From Spirochaetia bacterium (lineage in GTDB: Bacteria; Spirochaetota; Spirochaetia; SZUA-6; Bin103), in the NCBI GenBank assembly GCA_965208575.1, contig CBDBOV010000006.1, forward strand, positions 160,001-224,000: a DNA stretch of 64,000 nt. Direction: 5' to 3'. Numbering within the stretch: the first letter of the stretch is position 1; each line of letters begins with the position of its first letter. Shown in pieces: positions 28,591 to 38,509 of this stretch. Below the pieces are notes generated by a model. The model searched no databases and had not been told where the DNA came from. It saw only the letters and a list, made by a program, of their open reading frames with translations. The translations under genes were made by a program, and so were the position numbers.

Positions 28591-29025
28591 ATGGCAGTGC
28601 TGTCGGTGCCACGTCCGTTGCAGGAGCGCCTGGGTGAAGCAGCGACCGAGTCGTTGGTCGAGATGCTGCGCCAGATCGAATCGGATCAGGAAGAGCGGCG
28701 CGAAGTGCAGAAGGAGCAACTGCTCCAGGTCCTGGAGGAGCGGTTTCTGCGTCACGTAGCGGAGTCGGAACAGCGGACGAACGCGGAGATCGCCGCGGTG
28801 CGGGTGGATCTCGGCAAGGAGATCACCGCGGTGCGGGTGGATCTTGGCAAGGAGATCGCCGCGGTTCGGGTGGATCTTGGCAAGGAGATCACCGACGTCC
28901 GCAAGGAGATCGCCGATGTCCGCAAGGAGATAACTACCCAGACGCGGTGGATTCTCGCCGTACTGGGAGGCGCGGCGGTGTTGATTCCGATCCTGCAGCG
29001 CGTAATGGCGGCACTCATACCGTAG
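28591..29025 (+). CDS. Coiled-coil repeat membrane-anchored protein (DUF1640/Bdr-like)
   Basis: VPRPLQERLGEAATESLVEML N-term; 3x 33-bp EIAAVRVDLGK and 2x 21-bp EITDVRK repeats (28786-28926); C-terminal TM. Confidence 0.75.
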   Translation: MAVLSVPRPLQERLGEAATESLVEMLRQIESDQEERREVQKEQLLQVLEERFLRHVAESEQRTNAEIAAVRVDLGKEITAVRVDLGKEIAAVRVDLGKEITDVRKEIADVRKEITTQTRWILAVLGGAAVLIPILQRVMAALIP

Positions 29026-29331
29026 CCAAACCGCGGCAGGCTACCTCGTCTGCATCAAGTGGCCGCGTCCGCCCCGGCAACAGATCTCGCCTCAGTCTCA
29101 CCGACCCCCAGAGCGCCCAGATCCGATCCGATGGCGAAGGTACGGGGGTTTGATGCTGGATACTTATTAGCGTTTCCGTTTACCTATATATTACTATTGT
29201 TCAGACGAAGCTGACCCGACGGAGACGATGACCAACGACGAGAGCCATCCGGCCACCCCGCACGTTGACATTCATAACGAGGTACGGACCCAGCGCCACC
29301 AGCTCCGGGCCCTGATCGCAATGGTGGCACC

Positions 29332-30519
29332 GTGGCACTGAAGGCCAATGTCAAGGCGGCGGTGGTCAGCCTCCACGCGGCGAAGCAGCGCAGCCTCCTG
29401 GCCTTGATCGGCATCGTGATCGGCATCGGCTCGGTCATCGCCATGCTCTCGGTGGGGACGATCGCCAAGCGTCAGGCCCTGGCACAGTTCCAGGAACTCG
29501 GCACCGACTACCTCTCCATTCAGGTGCACGGCCAGGGGACCGGCGGCTTGCCGGGGATCCCACTGGCGGATGCGGTAGGATTGCCGGAAGGGACGTCGTC
29601 GATCGCGGGAGTTGCTCCCTGGAGCCAGGGCCACGGGGATGTCGTGCATGCCGGGAAGAGGGTCGTGCATGCTCCCACCCTGGGGGTGACCGGTTCATTC
29701 CTGGAGTTGAACAGGCTGCGGCTGGCCGAGGGCCGTGCGATCTCGGATCTGGACTTTCGCCGCGACCACTGCGTGGTCGGAGCGCGCGTGGCCTCCGCCC
29801 TCCGCAGTGCCGGCGCGGAAGAATCGCTGGTCGGCGAGCCGATCAGGCTGCAGGAGCGCATCTTCACTATCGTGGGCGTGCTGCACGCCGCCCCGAGGTG
29901 GGGGCTGCAGGCCTTCGACGCCGACCGGGCGATCATGCTTCCCCTCTCCACCGCGCAGCGCATGTTCCCGCAGCAGGGGTTGAACCAGATCGTCGCCCGC
30001 ATGAGGCCGGAGGCGCACCACAGGGCGGCGACCGCGGAAGTGCAGGGCTACTTTCGTCGCCGGGCGCCGCGCATGACGGTCAACGTGCAGAGCGCCCAGA
30101 AGCTGATCGAACAGATGCAGCGCCAGACGCAGACATTCGCGCTGCTGCTGGCCGCGATCGGCAGCATATCGCTGATCGTCGGTGGCGTCGGCGTCATGAA
30201 CGTCATGCTGGTCTCGGTGACCGAGCGGCGCAAGGAAATCGGGATCAGGCGCGCGCTCGGTGCCCGCCGCTTCGACGTCCAGAGCCAGTTCCTGACCGAG
30301 TCCATCGTCCTCTCGCTGATCGGCGGGGTGTTCGGCATACTGGTCGGCGTGGGGGGCACCTGGATCTTCTGCCAGTTCTCGGGTTGGACGTTCCTGGTCG
30401 ATCCGACCGCCGCGGCGCTGGGGGTCGTCGTGGCCTGTGGAGTCGGCGTGTTCTTCGGGCTGCAGCCCGCTCACCATGCGGCCCGGCTCGATCCGATCAC
30501 CGCCCTGAGATCGGAGTAG
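29332..30519 (+). CDS. MacB/FtsX-type ABC permease
   Basis: RSLLALIGIVIGIGSVIAM; GGVGVMNVMLVSVTERRKEIGIRRALGA; PAHHAARLDPITALR. Confidence 0.93.
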   Translation: MALKANVKAAVVSLHAAKQRSLLALIGIVIGIGSVIAMLSVGTIAKRQALAQFQELGTDYLSIQVHGQGTGGLPGIPLADAVGLPEGTSSIAGVAPWSQGHGDVVHAGKRVVHAPTLGVTGSFLELNRLRLAEGRAISDLDFRRDHCVVGARVASALRSAGAEESLVGEPIRLQERIFTIVGVLHAAPRWGLQAFDADRAIMLPLSTAQRMFPQQGLNQIVARMRPEAHHRAATAEVQGYFRRRAPRMTVNVQSAQKLIEQMQRQTQTFALLLAAIGSISLIVGGVGVMNVMLVSVTERRKEIGIRRALGARRFDVQSQFLTESIVLSLIGGVFGILVGVGGTWIFCQFSGWTFLVDPTAAALGVVVACGVGVFFGLQPAHHAARLDPITALRSE

Positions 30520-30611
30520 TACGCAGGGCCGCTCCGTGGCGACAGAGACCATGAAAACGGGTACACGTGATTGGTCCGCTGGACATGGTTTTCGGACTAG
30601 CTGGAGGTGAG

Positions 30612-31298
<687 letters not shown>

Positions 31299-31348
31299 CC
31301 AGGAACCGTTGCGAACGGATTCGCAGGTACCTGCTCTCCGACCGACGT

Positions 31349-33175
31349 TCAGGGTGCGGGCACGATCACTTCGTCGCCGGCATTGAGGCCGCTCAGGATC
31401 TCCACCTCGTACAACGTCGTCTCGCCGACCTCTACCGGCACTTCCCGAGGTGCGCCGCCGTCCTTGCTCCGCACCCGGACCCGATAATTTCCCGAGCTGC
31501 CCTGCACGGCGGCCACCGGCACCAGCAGGACGGCGGGCTGATCCCGTACCACGACCGTGACAGTGGCCGACATGCCCAGCCGCAGCCGCGCAAGATGCTC
31601 GTCGCTGATGCGGTCGATGGCCGCGGTAATGTCGAACGTGGGCACGCCGCCGCCGCCCCCGGTCTGGGACTGCGATGAGATCCGCACGATCCTGCCCTCG
31701 AAAACGAGATCCGAAAACGCGTCGCCGCTGATCCTGACCGGCTGCCCCGCGTGCACCTTGACGACGTCCACTTCGTCGACACTGCCGGTGACGGAAAGAC
31801 CGCGCAGATCACCGATGCTCAGCAGGTAGCCGCCTTCACTCATGAACCGCCCCGCGGCAAGCGGCCCATCGGCTTCGTCCCCGGAGCGCTGGCCGTCTCC
31901 GAGGTGGAGGACGACTCCAGAGACCGGCGCGACGATCGTCGCGTTCTGCAACGCACTCTCCAGCTCCCGCATGGTGGTAGTCGCGGTCTCCAGCCGGAGC
32001 CGGGCGATCTGCACCAGGTTCGCGCCGGCCTTGGCGAGCTCCTGGTCCAGTTCCAGCAGTGCCGTATCGTGTTGCATGCGCTGGATCTCGTACTGCTGAA
32101 CGGCCGCATCGTGCTCGGATGCCGGGATGATCCCCTGCTCCAGCAGCAGGGTGGATGCGGTGAGTCTGCTCATGCGCGCCTCCAGCTCCATCCCGGCCAG
32201 CACGACGCCCTGCCGGGCGCGCCTCACCTGCGGGCCGGTCTCCCAGTTCTCGAGCTCGCGGAGCTTGGCGCGGGCCTCCAGGAATCCGGCCGAGGCCTCC
32301 AGGTAGCGGCGATTGATCTCGGCGGTGTCCAACTGCACCAGCGGCTGGCCTTGCGCGACCCGGTCGCCATACTCGAAGAACACGCCCGCCACCTTGCCCG
32401 CGATCGGGCTGGTCACCGGCAGTTCCTCGCGCGGCGCGAGTCTCCCGACGTAAGCGAGCGTGCTGACCAGCCGGCGCGGCGCAACGGTCACCGTGAGCAC
32501 CTCCTCGGGCGCGCCGGACGGCGCCGAAGCTGCTGCCGGGAACGCCGCTCCAATCTCGTGCCAGACGTACCACGCGGCGCCCAGGAACAGCACGACGACG
32601 AGCAGCATCGCCAGCACGCGCACCGCCTGCACTTTCCTCAGGGCCGAGCCCAGCGCTCTGTTCTTCTCCTCGATCTCGCGATAGGCGTCCCGGAGTTCGG
32701 CGTTCTGCGCCTGGGTCGACTCCGCCAGCTCCCGTTCGGCCTGGCGCAATGCCTCCACTTCGGTGACGTCATCCAGCACGGCGACGATGCCGAGTCTTTC
32801 AATCTCCCCGTCCGTGTGACCGACGAGGTACGACGTCGTTACGTCGACGGACCGCTCGGTGTCGTCCCTGAGCCGCAGGCTGACCGTCGTCCGGGAGCCG
32901 ACCTTCTTGTCGTAGACGGACGCCAGAATCGTGTCGTTGAATTCTTCCAGACCGTCGTGGATCAGGAACGTCTCGCCGAACGGCTTGCCCCGGACCTCGT
33001 CGCCGTCCAGCCCCAGAAACCGCGAAGCGGCCGGGTTCAGGATGCCGATGCGGCCGTCGGCGGTGACGGTCATGACCCCTTCGGTCATGCTCTCCAGTAC
33101 ATTGCGGTGAAGCACATAGTCGCCGCCCACCACCGCATCGTTCTGTACCGAAGGACTCGTGGCGCCGTGCGTCAT
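31349..33175 (-). CDS. PAS-domain-fused membrane fusion (periplasmic adaptor) protein
   Basis: N-term PAS (VLESMTEGVMTV..LNPAASRFLG), coiled coil, TM, then VTSPIAGKV..GDRVAQGQPL, IVAPVSGVV, VDEVDVVKV, SGLNAGDEV. Confidence 0.88.
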   Translation of the reverse strand: MTHGATSPSVQNDAVVGGDYVLHRNVLESMTEGVMTVTADGRIGILNPAASRFLGLDGDEVRGKPFGETFLIHDGLEEFNDTILASVYDKKVGSRTTVSLRLRDDTERSVDVTTSYLVGHTDGEIERLGIVAVLDDVTEVEALRQAERELAESTQAQNAELRDAYREIEEKNRALGSALRKVQAVRVLAMLLVVVLFLGAAWYVWHEIGAAFPAAASAPSGAPEEVLTVTVAPRRLVSTLAYVGRLAPREELPVTSPIAGKVAGVFFEYGDRVAQGQPLVQLDTAEINRRYLEASAGFLEARAKLRELENWETGPQVRRARQGVVLAGMELEARMSRLTASTLLLEQGIIPASEHDAAVQQYEIQRMQHDTALLELDQELAKAGANLVQIARLRLETATTTMRELESALQNATIVAPVSGVVLHLGDGQRSGDEADGPLAAGRFMSEGGYLLSIGDLRGLSVTGSVDEVDVVKVHAGQPVRISGDAFSDLVFEGRIVRISSQSQTGGGGGVPTFDITAAIDRISDEHLARLRLGMSATVTVVVRDQPAVLLVPVAAVQGSSGNYRVRVRSKDGGAPREVPVEVGETTLYEVEILSGLNAGDEVIVPAP

Positions 33176-34626
33176 TCTTCCGCCTCGCCGCGAGCCGCCA
33201 GGTCGATGTCGATGTGCCAGGTTTCCAGCGTGGTCCCGAGCTTCAGGTCGAGCGCCGTCACAGCGTTCAAATACGTAATGATCGCATCGATTTCGCCGGT
33301 CTGGCTGCGCACCAGGTCGTCTTCGGACGCGACCACGTGGAAGTTGCTGGACAGGCCGGAATCCAGTTTCAACCGTTCGATCTCCAACTTCCGTTCGGCG
33401 AGCCTCCGCGACTGCCGCGCCAACTCGATGCGGCGGAACTGAAGCTCGACGTCGCGCACGGCGCGGAGCACCTCGAACTCGATCGCCTGGCGCAACTCCT
33501 GGAGCTGCAGGCGGGATCTCTGCGCTGAGATCCCGGCCCTTTGCCAGTTCCTCCGTTGGACGGCACTGTTGGTGCCCAGCGGGATCCGCATACCGAGTCC
33601 GGCCCGGAAATCGCCGTCGAACCGGCTGTACGCCTCTGCCAGCGAACGGCCACTGTGCCCGAAGCGCGCGGAGGCGGTGAGGTCAATCTCCCACTGGCGC
33701 GCGTTGTCGGCTTCCACCAAGGCGGTGTTCGCGTCTTCGATGGCCAGCACGGCCCGGAGATAGTCAGGACGGTTTTGCAGCGCCAGTTCCACGGCACGAT
33801 CGGCGTCGTACCGATTCGGGTCGAGCCGCAACGTCTCCGTGGGCCGGATCCGGGTCCGGCTGTCGATGTCCAGGATCGCAATCAGGGCAAGCCCGGCGTC
33901 ATCCAGCGCTGCGCGGGCTTCGGTCAGGTCCAACTCCCGCTCCGCAATGCTCGCTTCGGTGTGTACGATTTCCACTTCGGCCATCCTGCCGGCCTCGATC
34001 TGGACCCGGTTCGCCGCCCGCAGGTCGCGGGCGCTCTGCAGAGAACGTTTCGCGATCTCCACCGCGCGCATCGACCGCATCAGCGTCCGGTACGCGTAGA
34101 TGGTGCGGGTGACGAGTTCCATGACGGCCGACTTGAAGGCGAGGACGCCGATCTGGTCCGCGCGCCGGGCCCTCCCCACACCGGCGGTGCCGACCGCAAG
34201 GCCGGCCCCTTTCAGCAACGGCTGCACGAATTCGAGCTCCACGAATTGAGACGCGCTGTCCTGATCGGTGACCGTACTGTTGGCACTGAGGCGGAACATC
34301 CCGCCGGTGGGAACACGCAACGTCACGTTGGGAGACACGCCGAGCCTGGTGGTGGTCAAGTCGCGGTCCGCGGAGACGGCGAACGCGGCAGCGAGGCCAA
34401 ACTCGTCCTCGGCGTCCGCCAAGGATAGCCGCCCCGCGAGCCGGTCCAGCCGGCCGGCGGCCAGGTCACGACTACTCCGTATGGCCAGCATGATGCATTC
34501 GGCAAGCGTCAATTCGCGTTCGAGCGGAGCGCTCGAAGCGGGTTCCGCTATGGCCAGACCACCCGCCAATGCCGCCAGCACGGCCAGAAAGCAGGCGCGC
34601 CGTCCTGCACCCGAGGGGCCGGTTAC
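33172..34626 (-). CDS. TolC family outer-membrane protein (start uncertain)
   Basis: Signal-like LAVLAALAGGLAIA; LTLAECI..A; QPLLKGAG; ALQNRPD; KLDSGLSS; overlaps MFP start. Confidence 0.85.
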   Translation of the reverse strand, partial: VTGPSGAGRRACFLAVLAALAGGLAIAEPASSAPLERELTLAECIMLAIRSSRDLAAGRLDRLAGRLSLADAEDEFGLAAAFAVSADRDLTTTRLGVSPNVTLRVPTGGMFRLSANSTVTDQDSASQFVELEFVQPLLKGAGLAVGTAGVGRARRADQIGVLAFKSAVMELVTRTIYAYRTLMRSMRAVEIAKRSLQSARDLRAANRVQIEAGRMAEVEIVHTEASIAERELDLTEARAALDDAGLALIAILDIDSRTRIRPTETLRLDPNRYDADRAVELALQNRPDYLRAVLAIEDANTALVEADNARQWEIDLTASARFGHSGRSLAEAYSRFDGDFRAGLGMRIPLGTNSAVQRRNWQRAGISAQRSRLQLQELRQAIEFEVLRAVRDVELQFRRIELARQSRRLAERKLEIERLKLDSGLSSNFHVVASEDDLVRSQTGEIDAIITYLNAVTALDLKLGTTLETWHIDIDLAARGEAEE

Positions 34627-34857
34627 CGGCCGATTTCGGCCACGGATTTCAAATCGAAACAGATTCTTCTTTTTCGGAACAAGAAGACAAAACCCGCTCA
34701 CGCTCTGTCGGCTACACTGCACGCCCTTCGCGCCGTTGTCGAGAAGGACACACTTGTGAACGTCACTTTGGGCTTCTGAATCGGCGTGTGGCGCAGCGAG
34801 CGATTGCTCAGGCTGCCGGGGGAAGACCACCGCTGATGGATAGCGTAGGGTGCAGGC

Positions 34858-35829
34858 GTGTCTGAACATCACCTTCCGGGGATTGACGAGATCGACGCGG
34901 CGGCACGGGTCGTGTACCGCACCATGCCGGCCACGCCGCAGTACCGCTGGCCGCTGCTGGAGGAGCGCGCCGGCTGTACGGTGTGGGTCAAGCACGAGAA
35001 CCACACCCCAATCGGCTCGTTCAAGCTGCGCGGGGCGCTGGTGGCGGTGGAACGGCTGCGGCGGGCGCGGCCCGAGGTGACCGGCGTGATCGCCGCCACG
35101 CGCGGCAACTACGGGCAGAGCGTGGCGTACGCGGCGCGGGCGGCGGGGCTGCCCGCCACCGTGGTGGTGCCGTTCGGCAACGCGCGCGAGAAGAACGCCG
35201 CGATGCGCGCGTTCGGCGCCCGCCTGGTGGAGCACGGGCGCGACTTCGACGAGGCGCTCCCGCACGCACAGCGGCTGGCGGAACGGGAAGGGCTGCACAT
35301 GATGCCGTCGTTCCACCCCGACCTGGTGCCGGGCACGGCCACCTACGGCGCCGAGCTGTTCCGCGCCGTCCCCGGCCTGGATGCGGTGTACGTCCCGATC
35401 GGGCTCGGCTCCGGCATCTGCGGCGTACTGGCGGCGCGCGACGCCCTGTCGCCCGCCACCAGGGTGATCGGCGTGGTGTCGGCGGCGCTGCCCGCCTTCG
35501 AGCGCTCCTTCGCCGCCGGCGAGGCGCGCGAGACCGGCCCCGGCGACACGGTCGCCGACGGCATGGCGGTGCGCAAGACCCACCCGGTGTCGCTGGGGCT
35601 GGTGCTGGCCGCCGTGGAGCGGGTGGTGGCGGTCACCGAGGCCGAGTTGCGCGCGGCGATGCGCGCCTGCTACACCGACACCCACAACGTGGCCGAGGGC
35701 GCCGGGGCCGCCCCGCTGGCCGCCCTGCTGCGCGAGCGCGAGGCGATGCGCGGGCGCCGGGTCGCCCTGGTGCTGTCCGGCGGCAACGTGGACCGCGAGC
35801 TGTTCGCCCAGATTCTCGCCGGCACCTGA
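34858..35829 (+). CDS. Threonine/serine dehydratase (PLP, PALP family)
   Basis: KHENHTPIGSFKLRG, ATRGNYG, PIGLGSG, LSGGNVD. Confidence 0.92.
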   Translation: MSEHHLPGIDEIDAAARVVYRTMPATPQYRWPLLEERAGCTVWVKHENHTPIGSFKLRGALVAVERLRRARPEVTGVIAATRGNYGQSVAYAARAAGLPATVVVPFGNAREKNAAMRAFGARLVEHGRDFDEALPHAQRLAEREGLHMMPSFHPDLVPGTATYGAELFRAVPGLDAVYVPIGLGSGICGVLAARDALSPATRVIGVVSAALPAFERSFAAGEARETGPGDTVADGMAVRKTHPVSLGLVLAAVERVVAVTEAELRAAMRACYTDTHNVAEGAGAAPLAALLREREAMRGRRVALVLSGGNVDRELFAQILAGT

Positions 35830-35961
35830 CCGCCGCCGGTTCCCACTATCTCGGTCCGACGCGGCAGCGTAGCGCGCACCGCCACGAACGCCCGGTCCCC
35901 GACCGCTCCCGGTCTGCGACCGCGAGGGTGCTGCACCGCGCACGCGTTTGCGGGGCCGGCC

Positions 35962-36468
35962 CTACTGCGACTGCGACTCGCGCGCGTGCCTTGCCAGGCG
36001 CTGCAGATAGGTGGAATACGCCGCCAGCTCGTCACGTACCGGGACGCGGCACGCGAGGTACTTGGAACGCACGAGCTCCAGCCGATCCCAGTCGTAGTCG
36101 AATGAGAAGTAGTAGCGCTTGAAGTGACGGAACCGGCGCAACTCCGAGAGTGCCGCGAAGGTTGTGTCGGAAATCACCCGCTCGCGGACTTCCGGAACGG
36201 TCCAGGTCATCGCCCGCAGCAGTTGCTCGTGCCAGCGGGCATCATCGAGCGCGTTCTCAAAGAACTGGCTGATGCGCTGAAACGCGGTCTCCAGGCAGGT
36301 GTAGAACGACACCAGCACGTCGCTGATGATGATCGCGTTCTCTACGGTGCGGGCGGCGCCATCCGGCTGCCGGTGGAACCGATCGTAGAACCCGTTGATG
36401 CGGTCGAGCACGGGCAGTGCGGCATCGAGTTCGGCGGCCAGTGCCGCAATGCGGTCAGCGGGCGCCAT
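35962..36468 (-). CDS. HEPN (HepT-like) ribonuclease toxin
   Basis: FYTCLE..F.RI; WHEQLL..M; ELRRFRH..Y. Confidence 0.85.
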   Translation of the reverse strand: MAPADRIAALAAELDAALPVLDRINGFYDRFHRQPDGAARTVENAIIISDVLVSFYTCLETAFQRISQFFENALDDARWHEQLLRAMTWTVPEVRERVISDTTFAALSELRRFRHFKRYYFSFDYDWDRLELVRSKYLACRVPVRDELAAYSTYLQRLARHARESQSQ

Positions 36469-36829
36469 GCACCAACCGGCCCGTGTCGCAGATCAGGCGC
36501 GCGTACTCCGTCTCGATGCGTTCCAGCTCCACGACGTGGAGCGGAAACGCGGTCAGCACCTCGGCGCGCGCGTAGAGTTCGAACAACCGCTCGGCGCGGC
36601 CCAGGCCCTCCACGGCGATGTCGATATCGGAGCGTGCGGAGAAGCGGCGCCGGTCCAGCAGCGAGCCCCATTGCCAGACGCGCAGGGGAGCGAACTCGCG
36701 CACGATCATCTTCACGATCCGGTCGAAGTCCGCCCACGCGGCGTCGAAGCGCTCGTCCAACTCACGCTGCCGGCATGCCTCGCGCCGCTGCAGGAAGGCG
36801 ACCGTGTCCGCCGGATCGACTCTCATCAC
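36455..36829 (-). CDS. Minimal nucleotidyltransferase (MntA-like) antitoxin
   Basis: WQWGSLL..SDIDIAVEG; overlaps HEPN gene. Confidence 0.88.
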   Translation of the reverse strand: MMRVDPADTVAFLQRREACRQRELDERFDAAWADFDRIVKMIVREFAPLRVWQWGSLLDRRRFSARSDIDIAVEGLGRAERLFELYARAEVLTAFPLHVVELERIETEYARLICDTGRLVHGAR

Positions 36830-36905
36830 CCCGAATCTCCGGTGACCAGTATACCGATCCGCCGCGGCCCGTGCCGGTGAGGCGCCGAGCGCTTATACTG
36901 TGGCG

Positions 36906-37520
36906 ATGCGACGCTTCATCGGTTGCTGCGTGCTCGCCGCCGCGGCGGCTGCCGTGTGCCTGGCGGAGGGCGAGGCGGAGGCCGGGGTCGAGCTGGTCAG
37001 CTACGAGTTGAAGGGTACCGGGCACGTCCTGGACCATCCCGCCGGCTGGACGGCGACCCGCGAGACGACGTACCACGAACGGCGGCTGATCAACGTGCTG
37101 ACGGTAATCACCGAGCTGCCGGAGGACCAGGACCTGGAGCGGACGCCGCGCGGCTACCGCCTGGTGGTCGACCACCTGCAGGTGGGCCGCTTCGCCCACG
37201 CGATCCGCCCCGATCAGCAATACCAGTCGCTGTTGGAGTTCTACACGTTGTTCTACGGCTGGCCGGAGCCGGAAGAGGCGGAGCTGACCGAGCTGTTCGG
37301 AAGGCATGCCGTGCGGATGAAGGCGCGCAACGAGGATGGCAGTTGGGAGTACGCGGTGGTCGGCGTCGGCGTGTTCCGGGAGCTGCACCGCATCGGCTAC
37401 GCCGTCGTGCTCACCTCGCCGGCGCACAAACCGCCCGCGGAGCGCGACCGGCTCTGGGCCGCGATCGTCGCCAGCGTGCGCCGCGCCGAAGCGGTCGCCG
37501 CGAGCGCGCCCGCGTCATGA
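36906..37520 (+). CDS. Hypothetical exported protein
   Basis: Signal-peptide-like N-terminus, high-GC3 codon usage, TATACT 6 nt upstream of ATG. Confidence 0.7.
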   Translation: MRRFIGCCVLAAAAAAVCLAEGEAEAGVELVSYELKGTGHVLDHPAGWTATRETTYHERRLINVLTVITELPEDQDLERTPRGYRLVVDHLQVGRFAHAIRPDQQYQSLLEFYTLFYGWPEPEEAELTELFGRHAVRMKARNEDGSWEYAVVGVGVFRELHRIGYAVVLTSPAHKPPAERDRLWAAIVASVRRAEAVAASAPAS

Positions 37521-37642
37521 GCAAGCGCCGGCCGTGCCGCACGCCGACCGACCGTGAGCGGCCCGGCGCCCGGTCTGGTAGCGAGCCCGGCCGTCGGTTG
37601 CCGTAGCCGGCGCTGCGAAGCGTGTCCTCCCGGATCTACCGG

Positions 37643-38443
37643 TCAACTCCAGGTACGGGTGCCCCAGCGCACCTGGCCGAGGATCTCGGCGCCCTCCGGC
37701 CACGGCCGCGGCTCGCCGGACCGGCCATCGCCGACCAGGAGCCAGCGTCCGTCCGCGTCCTTGCCGGCGCGCGCGACCACCAGGCGGCCGCCGCCGTACA
37801 CCAGGAAGATGGCCCCCGGACGGCGGCGGCGTTGCGCGCGGTTGATCAGGATCGTGGAGCCGTCGCAGAGAGTCGGCGCCATCGACTCGCCGTGCACGTG
37901 CACCACGGCGCACCGGGCAGCGTCGAGCCGGTGGCGGTCGAGCCATCCCTGCCGGAACGCCATGCAGCCGGCGCGGGTGGAGTCGTCGAGGCGGGCGCCG
38001 CGCGCCGGCGCGGGCGGCACCTCGTAGCAGTCGACGAAGCGCACCCCCGGTACCTCACGCGGCTCCTTCCACCAGGCCAGATCGGCGGCGAGGCCGTCGT
38101 CGGGAATCCTCGGTTGCGCATCGGAAGGCGGCGGCCACCGCCCGGTCCCGGCGAAACGGCGAAGGTCGTTGCGCAGCTCCTGCCGCAGTTCCGCCACCCA
38201 CGCGGGCGCCGGCTCGCGCTCCCGGATTTCCGCATGGTAGCCGCCGGCGCCGGTGCGCGGCGGACCGACGTAGAACTCCAGCCCAAGCTCTTCGCACACT
38301 CGCTGCAGGGTGGAGGCGCGTACGTCCATCCCTCGCTTGATGCTGCGAATAGCGCTCTCGTGGCCGACCGCGGACATCGATACCTCCCGTCCGGAGCGAC
38401 CGCTACGGCTCAGCGCGGCCAGTATGACGTCCATGTAGGTCAT
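37643..38443 (-). CDS. Phage CI-like repressor (HTH + degenerate S24 peptidase domain)
   Basis: N-term HTH (SAIRSIKRG..ASTLQRVCEELGLEFYVGPPR); VHGESMAPTLCDG; VVARAG in place of VVKR; ILGQVRW. Confidence 0.85.
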   Translation of the reverse strand: MTYMDVILAALSRSGRSGREVSMSAVGHESAIRSIKRGMDVRASTLQRVCEELGLEFYVGPPRTGAGGYHAEIREREPAPAWVAELRQELRNDLRRFAGTGRWPPPSDAQPRIPDDGLAADLAWWKEPREVPGVRFVDCYEVPPAPARGARLDDSTRAGCMAFRQGWLDRHRLDAARCAVVHVHGESMAPTLCDGSTILINRAQRRRRPGAIFLVYGGGRLVVARAGKDADGRWLLVGDGRSGEPRPWPEGAEILGQVRWGTRTWS

Positions 38444-38509
38444 ACGTGCCCTGAACTGTAACGCATCCACCGCCTTGACCGGCGAGGTTTTTGTGCCATA
38501 ACATACGGC
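38444..38509. promoter_or_regulatory. Divergent promoter/operator region of cI/cro-like switch
   Basis: 66-bp gap; TTGACC (38475-38480)-18 nt-TAACAT (38499-38504), 5 nt before ATG 38510; TACAGT on the minus strand before cI. Confidence 0.6.

Noticed and set aside
34627-35943. 923-aa ORF as a giant TolC fusion
   Set aside because: The extra N-terminal part is the antisense of the dehydratase gene
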